From an uncultured Salinivenus sp. (GTDB lineage Bacteria; Bacteroidota; Rhodothermia; Rhodothermales; Salinibacteraceae), in the NCBI GenBank assembly GCA_964426195.1, contig CAYRPX010000001.1, positions 1-56,823 on the forward strand: a stretch of DNA of 56,823 nucleotides. Direction: 5' to 3'. Within the stretch, counting starts at the first letter, position 1. Each line of letters starts with the position of its first letter. Positions 38,645 to 48,899 of the stretch are shown piece after piece. The notes beneath the pieces are model-generated. The model saw nothing but the letters and a program-made list of their open reading frames with translations. It was not told the origin of the DNA and did no database searches. The translations under genes and the position numbers were made by a program.

Positions 38645-41600
38645 TTAGAACTGAATGTTAAGGTTGGCACCGAACGATCGGGTCGTGGGCGGCTGGAAGG
38701 ACTCAAAGCCTTCGGCTCCTTTACCCGTATTGGTCAGGATATCCGGATCGACCCGGCTCGAGGCTCTGTAGATCCACAACAGATTTCTTCCTACGAGACT
38801 GACGTTCACGGCCGACACAGGAAGCTCACCCAGCTGGGACTGGTCAAACTGGTATCCCAGCGTCACCTCTCGGAGCTTGGTGGCCGTAGCATCCGCCGAG
38901 AAGGCCTCGCCCACCGGCGTATTCCGTCCCCCCATGTTGCGCCAGAAGTTCTGGGCAGTCGTCGAGGGCACCTCTCCTCCATCCGCCGCTACGGCCTCCT
39001 CGTCAGAAAAGGCGGTCTCTCCAAAGACGAATCCGCCGCCTCTCCCGTCGAGCGTTCGCTGGAGATTACCGTCCCCGGCAAGCACGGCATTCGTAAAGGA
39101 ACCAACCTGGCCTCCCTGTCGGTGATCAATCAGGAAGCTGAGATTGACGTTCTGAAAGGAGAGATTGCTCCTGAAGCTTCCTTCCCAATCGGGATTGAAG
39201 TCGGCGATCTTCACCGTCTCTCCATCCGTGAGGCGCGGAATCCCATTGGGTTCTACGATCACACGGCCCTGATCGTCCCGGGCAAACCCTCGGGAGAAGT
39301 ACTGCTGGAAGGGTTTCCCCTCTTCGATGAAGTTCGTTCCCAAGAACGATCCCCCGATGGCGACCCTCGGCCGCTGTTCGGAAATTTTCTTGACCAGATT
39401 CTGGTTGTGAGAGAAGTTGACCGTCGACGTCCACTCAAAGCCCTCCGTCCGGACCGGAGTGCCCGTCAGGGTCAGCTCGATCCCCTGGTTCCGAATGTTT
39501 CCTCCATTGGTGAAGGCGTTGCTCGCACCCGAAGCGACCGGAAGCTGGAGGGTAAACAGCTGATTTCGCGTCTCCGTGTGATAAACACTGGCATTCAGCT
39601 CGAGCCGGTTCTGCAGGGTCCGAATTTGCGCCCCAAACTCCCAGGACTCCGTCTCCTCCGGTTTCAGGTCCTCGGCCGGCAGGGTACCACTCAGCTCAAG
39701 GAATCCTGTTCGCCCCCCCGCAGAGAAGCTCGCGGAGCGAGTCAACTGAAAGGGTGGGGCTTCATTTCCGACTCGTGCCCACGAGCCCCTAAGCTGAAAG
39801 TAATCGATGGCATCCGGGAAGGAGATCAGATCGGTAAGAACCGCTGAGAGTCCAACCGAGGGGTAAAAGAAGGACCAGTTGTCGGGAGGCAGGGTCGAGC
39901 TCCAGTCATTCCGACCGGTCAGGGTCAGGAACACCGCGTCCTGCCAACCGATCTCACCCCGGCCATAGAGCGACTGCACGTCCCGGGGCGACCCTTCCGA
40001 TTCGCCGACGCCAACATTCTGCGTATTCCCCAGCGAGAAGAAGTTGGGAACGACCATTCGGGCTCCGGTACTTGCACTCAAATACCGGTTGCGTTCCTGA
40101 GTAATGGTTGCACCGCCCGTGAGGTCAAGGCTGAAGTCCTCAAGAACGTCGTCGTTCGCATAGTTCAGGATCGCATCCCCAGTCCATTTCGTGCCAAAGC
40201 TTTTGCTTTCACTAAACTGACCCTGAGGGGAGATAATGTAGGTGTTGTTGTAATGCCTCGTCTGATCTTGTGAGGCCCCAATGTCCGCCGATGCCCGGAG
40301 CTGGAAATTAAGCTGATCGGTGAAATCGTAGGTCGCCGAGGCGAGCCCCAGAACCCGATTGCTTTCGTTCTCGTTCAGGTTGCGATTGAGAGTCCAGTAG
40401 GGATTGGCGCCTCCGTTCGACCCGGGATTCCAGAAGTGCTGACGGAGCAGACCGTCTTGGTTCGTGTACTCGAATTTCTCCACGTGGGCCGTGCGGATGT
40501 TTCGTGGCAGGCGAAGGGCATGCCGCATGGGGTTCGAGAAGCTCTCTCCCGTCGACAATTCATTTTCAATGGTTTCATTGATGTAGTTCAGCTTGCCGTC
40601 CATCGACAAGTTGTCGGTGGGCTGCCCATTTACCCGCACCTGAAAATTGTGCTTCCGGATCGAATTGTTCGGCACCGTTCCGGTCGCCTCAGTCAGCGTG
40701 TAAGAAACGACCCCCTGCAGGTTCTCCTGGCCGGCCCGGTATTTCAGGTTGGTCGACGAGTTATATCCAATCTGAAACACGTCCCGGACGTTGTCCGGCT
40801 GGGGAGTAAAGGAGTACTCCTGCGGGACCGACCCTTGTTCTTCCGGCGTCCCATTGTCGAGCGCCGGCGACCAGTGTTCGACGGTCTGCCCGTTCATTTC
40901 CGGGCCCCAGGAGGCCTCGGACGACGGATTGTAATTCCCGTTGAGGCCCTGGCCGTACTGATTCTGATAATTGGTGGTGATGATCGGCTGTCGGGCCATG
41001 ATGTTCTGCGTGAAGCTAAACTGCCGGGTCCCTTCCTCCGCCGTTTCGGTGGTAACGAGGATGGCGCCATTCTGGGCTTCATTTCCATATAGCGCCGCTG
41101 CATTGGGACCCTTCAGGACCTCAATGCTCTCGATGTCGTCCTGATTGAGGTCTCCAAGCCCTCCCCGAGTGGGAACGCCGTCAACCACAATGAGGGGCTG
41201 GCTGGAGCCAGAAATGGAACGGTTTCCTCGAATAATGAGCCGGACATTGCCGCCGACGCCCGTCCCCGCCCGATTTACTCGCAGCCCGGAGACCCGCCCT
41301 GCCAGGGAGTTTCCGACGTTCAACTCTCGAGCCTCCTGGATGTCCGCCCCTTCTACGTCCTGCGTACCATAGGAGAGAGATCGTTCTTCCCGTTCCACTC
41401 CCAGGGCAGTGACGACCACATCCTCGAGCGCCACCTCGGCGGGCTGCAGCTCAAAGTCCGCAACCACCGTTTCACCGGCCTCGACGTCTACTTCTTGCGA
41501 TTGTGCTTCGAAGCCGACAAACGAGGCATTCAGCACATACGTGCCGGGGTCCACGTCTATGGAATAACTCCCTTCGGTGTCCGTCGTCGTGCCTCGCTGG

Positions 41601-41788
41601 GTCCCCTGGATGACGATGTTGACGCCAGGAAGCGTCTCTCCCGAGGAGCCGTCGACGACCGTGCCCTCAATCGTTCCCTGCTGCGCCAGAGCCGTCGAGC
41701 AGAAGAACAGGGATCCGAGAAGAACGGCGGCAACCAGGGAAAGCACTCTTGAAACCCCAAAAGCACGATCCGGAACGTCCGTTGCCAT
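38645..41788 (-). CDS. susC: SusC/RagA TonB-dependent transporter
   Basis: TLPGVNI, VVVTALG, IRGNRS, DIESIEVLKGPNAAALYG, GRNDWSSTLP, DLKPEET, terminal NIQF. Confidence 0.96.
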   Translation of the reverse strand: MATDVPDRAFGVSRVLSLVAAVLLGSLFFCSTALAQQGTIEGTVVDGSSGETLPGVNIVIQGTQRGTTTDTEGSYSIDVDPGTYVLNASFVGFEAQSQEVDVEAGETVVADFELQPAEVALEDVVVTALGVEREERSLSYGTQDVEGADIQEARELNVGNSLAGRVSGLRVNRAGTGVGGNVRLIIRGNRSISGSSQPLIVVDGVPTRGGLGDLNQDDIESIEVLKGPNAAALYGNEAQNGAILVTTETAEEGTRQFSFTQNIMARQPIITTNYQNQYGQGLNGNYNPSSEASWGPEMNGQTVEHWSPALDNGTPEEQGSVPQEYSFTPQPDNVRDVFQIGYNSSTNLKYRAGQENLQGVVSYTLTEATGTVPNNSIRKHNFQVRVNGQPTDNLSMDGKLNYINETIENELSTGESFSNPMRHALRLPRNIRTAHVEKFEYTNQDGLLRQHFWNPGSNGGANPYWTLNRNLNENESNRVLGLASATYDFTDQLNFQLRASADIGASQDQTRHYNNTYIISPQGQFSESKSFGTKWTGDAILNYANDDVLEDFSLDLTGGATITQERNRYLSASTGARMVVPNFFSLGNTQNVGVGESEGSPRDVQSLYGRGEIGWQDAVFLTLTGRNDWSSTLPPDNWSFFYPSVGLSAVLTDLISFPDAIDYFQLRGSWARVGNEAPPFQLTRSASFSAGGRTGFLELSGTLPAEDLKPEETESWEFGAQIRTLQNRLELNASVYHTETRNQLFTLQLPVASGASNAFTNGGNIRNQGIELTLTGTPVRTEGFEWTSTVNFSHNQNLVKKISEQRPRVAIGGSFLGTNFIEEGKPFQQYFSRGFARDDQGRVIVEPNGIPRLTDGETVKIADFNPDWEGSFRSNLSFQNVNLSFLIDHRQGGQVGSFTNAVLAGDGNLQRTLDGRGGGFVFGETAFSDEEAVAADGGEVPSTTAQNFWRNMGGRNTPVGEAFSADATATKLREVTLGYQFDQSQLGELPVSAVNVSLVGRNLLWIYRASSRVDPDILTNTGKGAEGFESFQPPTTRSFGANLNIQF

Positions 41789-41970
41789 GTTTCGGCCCTG
41801 GCCAGAAAGAAAATGTTGTTTGCCGGTGTTCTTTGTAACGCAGGATGTCATTTCACACATGGGTCCTGAATACATAATATTGCGAAAGGCGCTGACCGAC
41901 AGTCCGGCCGTTTGTATTGACCTGCTTTCTGATACAGCCCTCACGCTAATGTTGAGATCGTCAGAAGTCA

Positions 41971-41988
41971 ATTGGAACCGGTCCCAAT
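41971..41988. promoter_or_regulatory. LacI-type operator-like palindrome ATTGGAACCGGTCCCAAT in the divergent susC/GH promoter region
   Basis: 18-bp near-perfect palindrome. Its core TGGAACCGGTCCCA is one mismatch from TGGAACCGGTTCCA. Confidence 0.62.
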
Positions 41989-42207
41989 CTTTACAGCCCC
42001 TCCAAAACCGATTTGAACAGTGAATGTCGGGATCGACCTACAGGACGATTCGCCCCGAATCACACTTTTTCCCCTTTTGGCCGGACTCTCTCCCTTGAAG
42101 ATTGGCAAGATGTTTCCATTCTTATTTGCCTGGATGTGAGCGCTTCCTGCTTTCTTCGTGTGCACAGGTGATTTTCCGCTTTTTCTGTAAACTCAGCTGT
42201 TTGATTC

Positions 42208-43101
42208 ATGAAGAGGACCTTGCAGTTTTTTGTCGGGCTTCTTACAGCGGTCTTGCTCGGGGGCTGCACGTCGTCTCCCGCCCCCGACGTCGGGGAAGGG
42301 GTGATCCTTCCGGACGTTTCGGAGATCGAAGAGTGGGAGTGGACCGAGAAAGGACCCTCCGTCGGGGCCACGGACCCGGTCCTCTTTGTAGAGTCCGAGC
42401 GGGAATTCCCGTATCGAATGTATGTGCACGCGGAAGGGGGGCAAGACCTCTACAAATCGAAGGATGCTGCGAACTGGACGAAGGTGGCGAGCGACGTTTT
42501 GTCGGCCGGCGGCGGCACGAACTTCAACTGGGGGCGGAAGGGACCAGACGGTCGGTACTACCTCTACCGCACGGTCCAGGACAGCGTGACGGAACTTTGG
42601 AGGGGAGAGACGCTCACGGAGCTGGAGAACGAGGGAACTGTGCTGGAGGACCCCGACACGGGAGGATACTACGATCCCGAAACCGATACGTGGCACATGT
42701 ATTACGAGATGTATCCAGCCGAGGGCTCCCCGTGCGGGCGCGGCCTCGGCCACGCGGTGTCGGAGGACGGGGTACACTGGGAGAAAAGAGGGGTCGCCCT
42801 CGACCTCCGCACCAAGACGTGGAAGACGGGAGATCCGGACGTAGTGCGCATTGGGGACACGTACCACATGTTCATCGACTACACCGTCCCCGATCATCCC
42901 CGCTACAAGATTGCCGTCGCCACCGGCTCAGATCTGTCCTCCTTTTCGCTTCGGGGAGAGCAGCCCGTCACCGACTGGCTTGGCGGCGACGCCTGTGTCC
43001 GGTACGTACCGGACCAAGACCGATTCCTGATGTACCAGGAGTTTTACGGGGAGGACACCCACGGCGTGGGATGGGCCGTAAGTCAGCAGGTCCCACGGTG
43101 A
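42208..43101 (+). CDS. Five-bladed beta-propeller glycoside hydrolase-like lipoprotein (GH43/32/117-like; family unresolved)
   Basis: Lipobox LGGC; blade motifs ATDPV, KSKDAANW, WHMYYE, HAVSEDGVHWEK, GDPDVV..GDTYHMF. Confidence 0.7.
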   Translation: MKRTLQFFVGLLTAVLLGGCTSSPAPDVGEGVILPDVSEIEEWEWTEKGPSVGATDPVLFVESEREFPYRMYVHAEGGQDLYKSKDAANWTKVASDVLSAGGGTNFNWGRKGPDGRYYLYRTVQDSVTELWRGETLTELENEGTVLEDPDTGGYYDPETDTWHMYYEMYPAEGSPCGRGLGHAVSEDGVHWEKRGVALDLRTKTWKTGDPDVVRIGDTYHMFIDYTVPDHPRYKIAVATGSDLSSFSLRGEQPVTDWLGGDACVRYVPDQDRFLMYQEFYGEDTHGVGWAVSQQVPR

Positions 43102-43236
43102 TCTCGATCGCGCCCGCCTCCCGACATGCCGTGCTGGAACACAGAGTTCGGAATAGCACGGGCATCGGATGAACACCGACCGCCTATCAGCCATTGCCTC
43201 GTTTTTCTTCTTTTGCCTCAACATCCCGTGTCTGAA

Positions 43237-44607
43237 ATGTCAATATTCCCGTGCCCTCCCCGACTCCGCGCCCTCCTGCTCCTGCTCGTTGTTGTCCTTG
43301 TGGGAACGGTGGGGCCTTCTCGTCCTGTCGTTGCCCAACCCCAGGAGCCGGATCCGCGTCCGAACCTGATCGTGATCATGGCGGACGACCTGGGCTGGAA
43401 CGATATTGGGTACCACGGCTCGGAAATCGAAACCCCGAACCTCGACCGGCTCGCGCGAGAGGGGGTTCGGCTTCAGCAGCACTATGCCTATTCCACATGC
43501 TCTCCCACGCGGGCCGCGCTGCTCACCGGCCAGAATCCCGCTCGCTTTAACATACACGGTCCGTTGGGGACCTCCGCCGAGGTGACGCCGGAGGACATGC
43601 ATTTGACCTCCGGCCTTCGGGAGGCGGGCTACTCCACACACATCAGTGGCAAGTGGCACCTCGGAGAAGAGCCCGCGGATCGTCCCCTGCGGTACGGGTT
43701 CGACACCTCCTACGGCTACCTGCGTGGCCAGATCGACCCCTACACGCACCGCTACAAGTTCGGCGACCACGTCACGTGGCATCGGAACGACCACTTCGTC
43801 GAGGAGGAGGGCCACGTCACCGACCTGATCACCGACGAAGCCATCCGCGTCGTTGAAACCGCCGGATCGCTGCGCGAGGAGCCGTTTTTTCTGTACGTCG
43901 CCCACCACAGCCCCCACTTTCCCCTCAATGAACCGCCATCGTGGATCGAGCCCTACGAAGACGTCTTCGACAGCGCCTTTCGCCGCCACTTCGCCGCCGC
44001 GGTGACCCACCTCGACCACAGCGTCGGCCGGCTCGTCGAGGCGCTCGAACGGACCGGTCTGCGGGAAAATACGATGGTCGTCTTTCTCTCCGACAACGGA
44101 GGACAGGAGAACTGGAACGCCCCCGACACGCAATACAACGGCCGGTATGCGGCCCACACTCGGCTCGGGGACAACACGCCTTTGCGGGGATGGAAGAAGG
44201 ACCTCTACGAAGGGGGCATCCGCGTCCCTGCCTTCATCAACTGGCCGGAGCAACTGGAGGCCGGACACCGCGTCGACGTGCCCACTCACGTGCTGGACCT
44301 GAGCGCTACCCTCTTAGAGCAGGCCGGCGCCGAGCCGCCCGCCGACCTGGACGGAACCAACCTCTGGCCCCTCTTGACGGGCCCCTCTGCCCCCTCCCAG
44401 TGGCACGATCGACGCTTCTACTGGCGGCAAAGCGACCTCCAGGCCGTGCGCGAAGGGGACTGGAAGCTCATTGCCCCTTCTCCGGATCTCGAAGGGCTTG
44501 AGCTCTACAACCTCGCGGAGGACCCTCACGAAACCAACGACCTCGCCGATCAGCGCTCCGACAAGCGAGAGGCCCTCCGACAACAGCTGGAAGCCTGGCC
44601 CTGGTGA
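43237..44607 (+). CDS. Secreted Cys-type sulfatase (S1)
   Basis: PNLIVIMADDLG, CSPTRAALLTG, GKWHLG, SDNGG, LYEGGIRVP; signal peptide. Confidence 0.95.
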   Translation: MSIFPCPPRLRALLLLLVVVLVGTVGPSRPVVAQPQEPDPRPNLIVIMADDLGWNDIGYHGSEIETPNLDRLAREGVRLQQHYAYSTCSPTRAALLTGQNPARFNIHGPLGTSAEVTPEDMHLTSGLREAGYSTHISGKWHLGEEPADRPLRYGFDTSYGYLRGQIDPYTHRYKFGDHVTWHRNDHFVEEEGHVTDLITDEAIRVVETAGSLREEPFFLYVAHHSPHFPLNEPPSWIEPYEDVFDSAFRRHFAAAVTHLDHSVGRLVEALERTGLRENTMVVFLSDNGGQENWNAPDTQYNGRYAAHTRLGDNTPLRGWKKDLYEGGIRVPAFINWPEQLEAGHRVDVPTHVLDLSATLLEQAGAEPPADLDGTNLWPLLTGPSAPSQWHDRRFYWRQSDLQAVREGDWKLIAPSPDLEGLELYNLAEDPHETNDLADQRSDKREALRQQLEAWPW

Positions 44608-44687
44608 GGATCCGAGTCCTCACGACAGGGCGTTCGCGGGGACCTCTGACCGTTGGAGTCGTCCTGGAGCCCCAACAGCAATCACGA

Positions 44688-46874
44688 TCAGGGAGACGCC
44701 GTGAGCCAGTCGAGCATGAGCGACCGTTTCTCCCCTCTCTCGACGGTGCGTTCCACCCGTAGTCGTACCGCGCGTCCCCGCTGCGCGTACGACCGGCGCC
44801 CCGCTTCGTAGGCGGTCTCAACGGCCTCGGCGCTGGCCCGTTGACTCCGGTGATCGAGCGGACGAGTGACGAGAACGGGCCGGGGCGCAAGACTGGCCAG
44901 AAGATCTGGAAGGTCGTACCCCTTGAGGGCACCGGCGACAGAGACGGGAATAAACTGAGGATCATACCGCTCGTGGACGGCGAGCGAGCCGTACGAGAGC
45001 AGCGGCCCGTGGAGGGCCACGCGTCCAATTCGATCGTCGAAGGCCGCTGCGTGGAGGAGTGCAGGCGCGGTGGTTCCCTGGGCCACCGCTGCCACCGCTT
45101 CGTCTGCCCCTCCAGATCGCTCCTGAAGGAGGGTCGTCAGTCGCACCAGATCCCGAGCCCGAAGGCCGACAATGCTCCGTCCGGTGAGCACCGACGCAAA
45201 CCACTGATTGTACGAGACTCCATCGATGTAGGAGTCCCCGCGGAGCTGTCCCGGTTCCGTCTCCCCCCGTCCCACGAGGTCCGGCGCCAACACCACGTGT
45301 CCCTGTTTCGCGAGGCGCTCGATGGCCTCCCCTTCCCCTGCCTGGGCGGTCTTCCCCTCGGGGTGAAGGTAGAGCAGTCCAGGATGGGGTCCGTCCTCAT
45401 TCGGCACCGCGAGCAAGAAGGGGATTGGATACGTCTCCTTCCGGTCGAGAACGTATTTCTCAATCATGTGGCCCGATCGCTGGTGCCGACCGGTGAACAG
45501 AAGCGTCCCCTCTTCCGCCGGTGGCCGAAATCCTGATTGGCTTTTTGCGGCCCGGACGGCCGCGGGGAGATGAGACTCCAGATCGCGGCGTGAAGAGTCA
45601 AGCGCGGCGAGCTGACGTTCGGCCCGCGCCTTTACGAGGGAAAAGACCGTCCGCCCGTCGAGACTGGTGACGACCTGACCGGTGTCCGTGACGTGGAGCG
45701 CCGAGGCCGACAACGGCGAAACGTCCTCGTCCTCCGGGGAGCCCGGACGGTCGAGGTGACGCTGAAAGAAGGCGTAGAGCGCCTCCCGATTGGCCGTCGT
45801 TGAGGCGTGTGCGGCATCGTCCTCGACCCGTTTAAAGCGATCCCGGGCCCCGAACGCCGCGTAGGCGCGCTCCACCTCGCGGGCCGTTTCTTGGGCCCCC
45901 TGGATCGAGAAGAAGTCTCGGGTGGTCGTGATCATTAGGGTCGGGCGAGGGGCCCGTACTGTCAGCAGATCTGCGTGGTCGAGCCCACGCGCCAAGCCGT
46001 GGAAGATGTTTTGCTCTGCATCCTGCGGCCCGATCGACTGGAGCAGTCGCTGGAAGCTGGTAATGTAGTTTTCGGGGGCCGCGGCTCGGACACGTTCGTC
46101 CAGGGCGCTGACATAAGCGGTCTGAGTGCCCCCGCCCGATCGGCCGGTGACCCCGATGCGGCGGGGATCAACCTCTGGGCGCTCTACGAGGTAGTCGATG
46201 GCCCGGATGCCGTCCCACGCGAACAGCCAGGCCGGGGACCGGCCCGTCAGGAATGACTGCGCCCCCACGTACGAGTGCTCGTCGGTTGCCCCCTCAATCG
46301 GAAATTGACCGGCGTCCGCGCCCGCATACTGGCGCCGTTCGCCCTGTCCGATGGGGTCAATGGCCATCACCACGAACCCCTTTGCCACCAGATTGAGAAT
46401 AACGCGCTGGTACGTGTCGCTCCGGTACGCCTCCCCGGCGTGTCCGCTCAGGTAGAGGACGGCTGGGGCCGGCGTCTCGATGTTCTTCGGGACAAAGAGA
46501 GAACCCGTCACGTGAATCCCGGGCACCGACTCGTAAATGAGGTTCTCCACCCGGTACCCGGGCCGGTCGAGGATGTCGACGACGCGGGTCCGAAGAGGCG
46601 TGCGGTCCGGAAAGGGCCCAATCGCGTTCCGGAGACGTTCACGCACCTCTTTCTGCCGTCGACGCCAGTCGGCGCGAGAGACAAGCTCTTCCACCCGTTG
46701 ATCCCTCCGACCGAGCTGCTGCTGGCCCACCGCGGACAAGTGGTGATAGAGGGAATTTTCAACGTCTGAAAAGGCCATCCAGTCCGCCACTACGGAGAGA
46801 TCGTCCTGGGCCCGACTGCTCTCGGGGGCGCCCACGACCAGGAGACCGGCAAGCAAGACAAACACAACACGCAT
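44688..46874 (-). CDS. Secreted acetylxylan esterase-like alpha/beta hydrolase (two domains)
   Basis: YESVPG, GH...Y, DPIGQGER, WDGIRAIDYL..RPEVDP.RIGVTGRSGGGTQT nucleophile elbow; second degenerate hydrolase domain. Confidence 0.85.
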   Translation of the reverse strand: MRVVFVLLAGLLVVGAPESSRAQDDLSVVADWMAFSDVENSLYHHLSAVGQQQLGRRDQRVEELVSRADWRRRQKEVRERLRNAIGPFPDRTPLRTRVVDILDRPGYRVENLIYESVPGIHVTGSLFVPKNIETPAPAVLYLSGHAGEAYRSDTYQRVILNLVAKGFVVMAIDPIGQGERRQYAGADAGQFPIEGATDEHSYVGAQSFLTGRSPAWLFAWDGIRAIDYLVERPEVDPRRIGVTGRSGGGTQTAYVSALDERVRAAAPENYITSFQRLLQSIGPQDAEQNIFHGLARGLDHADLLTVRAPRPTLMITTTRDFFSIQGAQETAREVERAYAAFGARDRFKRVEDDAAHASTTANREALYAFFQRHLDRPGSPEDEDVSPLSASALHVTDTGQVVTSLDGRTVFSLVKARAERQLAALDSSRRDLESHLPAAVRAAKSQSGFRPPAEEGTLLFTGRHQRSGHMIEKYVLDRKETYPIPFLLAVPNEDGPHPGLLYLHPEGKTAQAGEGEAIERLAKQGHVVLAPDLVGRGETEPGQLRGDSYIDGVSYNQWFASVLTGRSIVGLRARDLVRLTTLLQERSGGADEAVAAVAQGTTAPALLHAAAFDDRIGRVALHGPLLSYGSLAVHERYDPQFIPVSVAGALKGYDLPDLLASLAPRPVLVTRPLDHRSQRASAEAVETAYEAGRRSYAQRGRAVRLRVERTVERGEKRSLMLDWLTASP

Positions 46875-47077
46875 CGGCTGCGAGTGGGGTCTATGGCGGG
46901 AAAACGGCTGCAGGGTCTGGAGATGCCGGGAGTGCCCACGAGAATGAACCCCTTGGTAGCCCGCTCGCGAGCGAGCGTTGGGTCTACGTCGAGCTACAGA
47001 CCGAAAGACCCCTCCCAGCTCCGTCGCGACGACCAAGAGTCCATCCCAATCGTTTCCGGGAAGCCGTCTAGAACGAG

Positions 47078-48475
47078 CTACGTCTGCACCTCTCGGGGTT
47101 TCAGGTCCGTGAGGCTCGAGATGTGAACCTCCTCGCCGGTTTCAATGCTGTTCCGGGCGGCAACGCCGATCAGGATCGACATGGCCCCATCCCGGCTGTC
47201 GGCCATGTGTCCCAGCGGGTCCGGACTATCCGGTTCCCGAAAAATCTTGTCTTGCAGCCGCTCGTCTCCGCCTCCGTGTCCTCCCCGCTGAAAGGTCACG
47301 GGAATGACCTCGTGGTCCTCCCAAAGGTTGTGCAGGATAATGGGCTGCTGAGTCATCTGCTCCGCATCCTGATCCATCTCCATTTCGTGCAGATCCTCCT
47401 GACTGAGCTCACCCTCCTCCATCCAGGGAATGTCCTGCCATGCTTCGATGCGGCCATCGGTCCCATTGAAGGCAATACGCCACCCCTCAAAGGGGGAGTA
47501 GGTGGTGAGCGAGTAGTTCACGGTAACATTGTTGGCGTACCGAATTTGGGCCGACATCTTATCGTAAATATTAATGTCGTGCCGGAAGAGACAGTTGTCC
47601 CGAATGTACCCGTCGTGGTGCTCGTGGTCGACGTAAAGGTTCATGTAGTGCTCGTTCTCCGTAATGTCCCAGTAGAAGTCGCACTTGTCGGTATGCGGGC
47701 ACGTGCGGCATTTGTCTCCGCGGAAGGAATTATTGCTTCCGTAGTGCTCGAGGTCGCCGTACGCCGTCACCTTGCTCGGCTCGGATTGCAGCCACCAGTT
47801 CAGGAGGTCAAAGTGGTGGGTCGCCTTGTGCACCAGGAGGGTGCCGCTGTGCTCCCGCTGGCCGTGCCAGCGACGAAAATAAGAGGCGCCGTGATAGGTG
47901 TTTAGGTACCAGTGAAAGTCGACTGAAGTCACCTTTCCGATTGCATTGTCGTGAAGCAGCTCCCGGATCCTGGTCATGTACGGGCCCCATCGGTAGTTGA
48001 ATCCAACGACGAGATCCTTGTCGGATCGTCGTTCGGCGTCGAGGATGGCCTGGCACTTTTCCTCGTCGATGGTCATGGGCTTTTCAGTAAGTACGTCGCA
48101 GCCCATCTCCAGGCCCTGGATGATAAATTGATGATGGGTGGCGTCCGTCGTCGTGACAATCACCAAATCCGGCTCCTCCTCCCGCACCATTGCTTCAAAG
48201 TCGGTGTACGTGTCGCACGACACCCCCATGTAGCCTCGGGCGAACTCCAGTCGGCCCGGGTTGTGATCACAGAGCCCCACAAATTCTAGAATATCCCCGT
48301 ACCGGTTTACCAAGTCCCGCCCCCAGAACCCAGTGCCCCGAACGCCCGTGCCGACGAGAGCAACCTTGAGCTTGCGATCCGGAAAAAAGCTGAACGCCGA
48401 GGATGGAACCCAGGCGCCAGCGGCGAGCATGCTGATGGACGCGAGAAAGCTTCTGCGAGACTGAGTCGTGGGCAT
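47078..48475 (-). CDS. Tat-exported Gfo/Idh/MocA oxidoreductase
   Basis: SRRSFL twin-Arg signal; VGTGVRG, EKPM, FNYR, HKATHHFD, GHGGGD. Confidence 0.92.
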   Translation of the reverse strand: MPTTQSRRSFLASISMLAAGAWVPSSAFSFFPDRKLKVALVGTGVRGTGFWGRDLVNRYGDILEFVGLCDHNPGRLEFARGYMGVSCDTYTDFEAMVREEEPDLVIVTTTDATHHQFIIQGLEMGCDVLTEKPMTIDEEKCQAILDAERRSDKDLVVGFNYRWGPYMTRIRELLHDNAIGKVTSVDFHWYLNTYHGASYFRRWHGQREHSGTLLVHKATHHFDLLNWWLQSEPSKVTAYGDLEHYGSNNSFRGDKCRTCPHTDKCDFYWDITENEHYMNLYVDHEHHDGYIRDNCLFRHDINIYDKMSAQIRYANNVTVNYSLTTYSPFEGWRIAFNGTDGRIEAWQDIPWMEEGELSQEDLHEMEMDQDAEQMTQQPIILHNLWEDHEVIPVTFQRGGHGGGDERLQDKIFREPDSPDPLGHMADSRDGAMSILIGVAARNSIETGEEVHISSLTDLKPREVQT

Positions 48476-48577
48476 TGGTTGATTCGGACTCTTCGTAAAC
48501 CGACCGATAGAGGGAGCGTCGCATTCACGCACTCTATAAAAAATGAACAAGGGAGTCAACTTCTCTCAGAGGACCGG

Positions 48578-48619
48578 CACGGCAATCGCGTCTTGACGAT
48601 GGCGGTCTGCTCGTGCCGT
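48578..48619. repeat. 42-bp dispersed repeat, copy 1
   Basis: 35/42 ungapped identity to 51600-51641; self-complementary ends ACGGCA...TGCCGT. Confidence 0.8.
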
Positions 48620-48899
48620 GCTGCCGGACGAAACGGCTGAGCACCCGCGCTCCCACGCCCCCGCAACCTGGGCTCGTTCCGCACCTCAGAACCAATAGCG
48701 CCTCCGCACGCTCGACCAGAATCTTAACAGGCAATCGCCCTGCAGTGGACCGGCCGCAGAATCACCCGCCCGTATTCGGCCGCCCGATCCCGCTCTCCGC
48801 CCAACCACACCCTTTTCTTGATAAAAGACTCTCGTGGTGGACGACTCTCCCACGGGTCCTTCCTGCGAACACGCCTTCGGGGTTGCTTCACGGAGCCAA

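Noticed and set aside
38474-39847. 457-aa + strand ORF
   Set aside because: Antisense to susC; no recognisable domain.
48575-48590. Sigma-54-like CGGCACGGCAATCGCG
   Set aside because: Points away from the adjacent gene and is not conserved in the second repeat copy.
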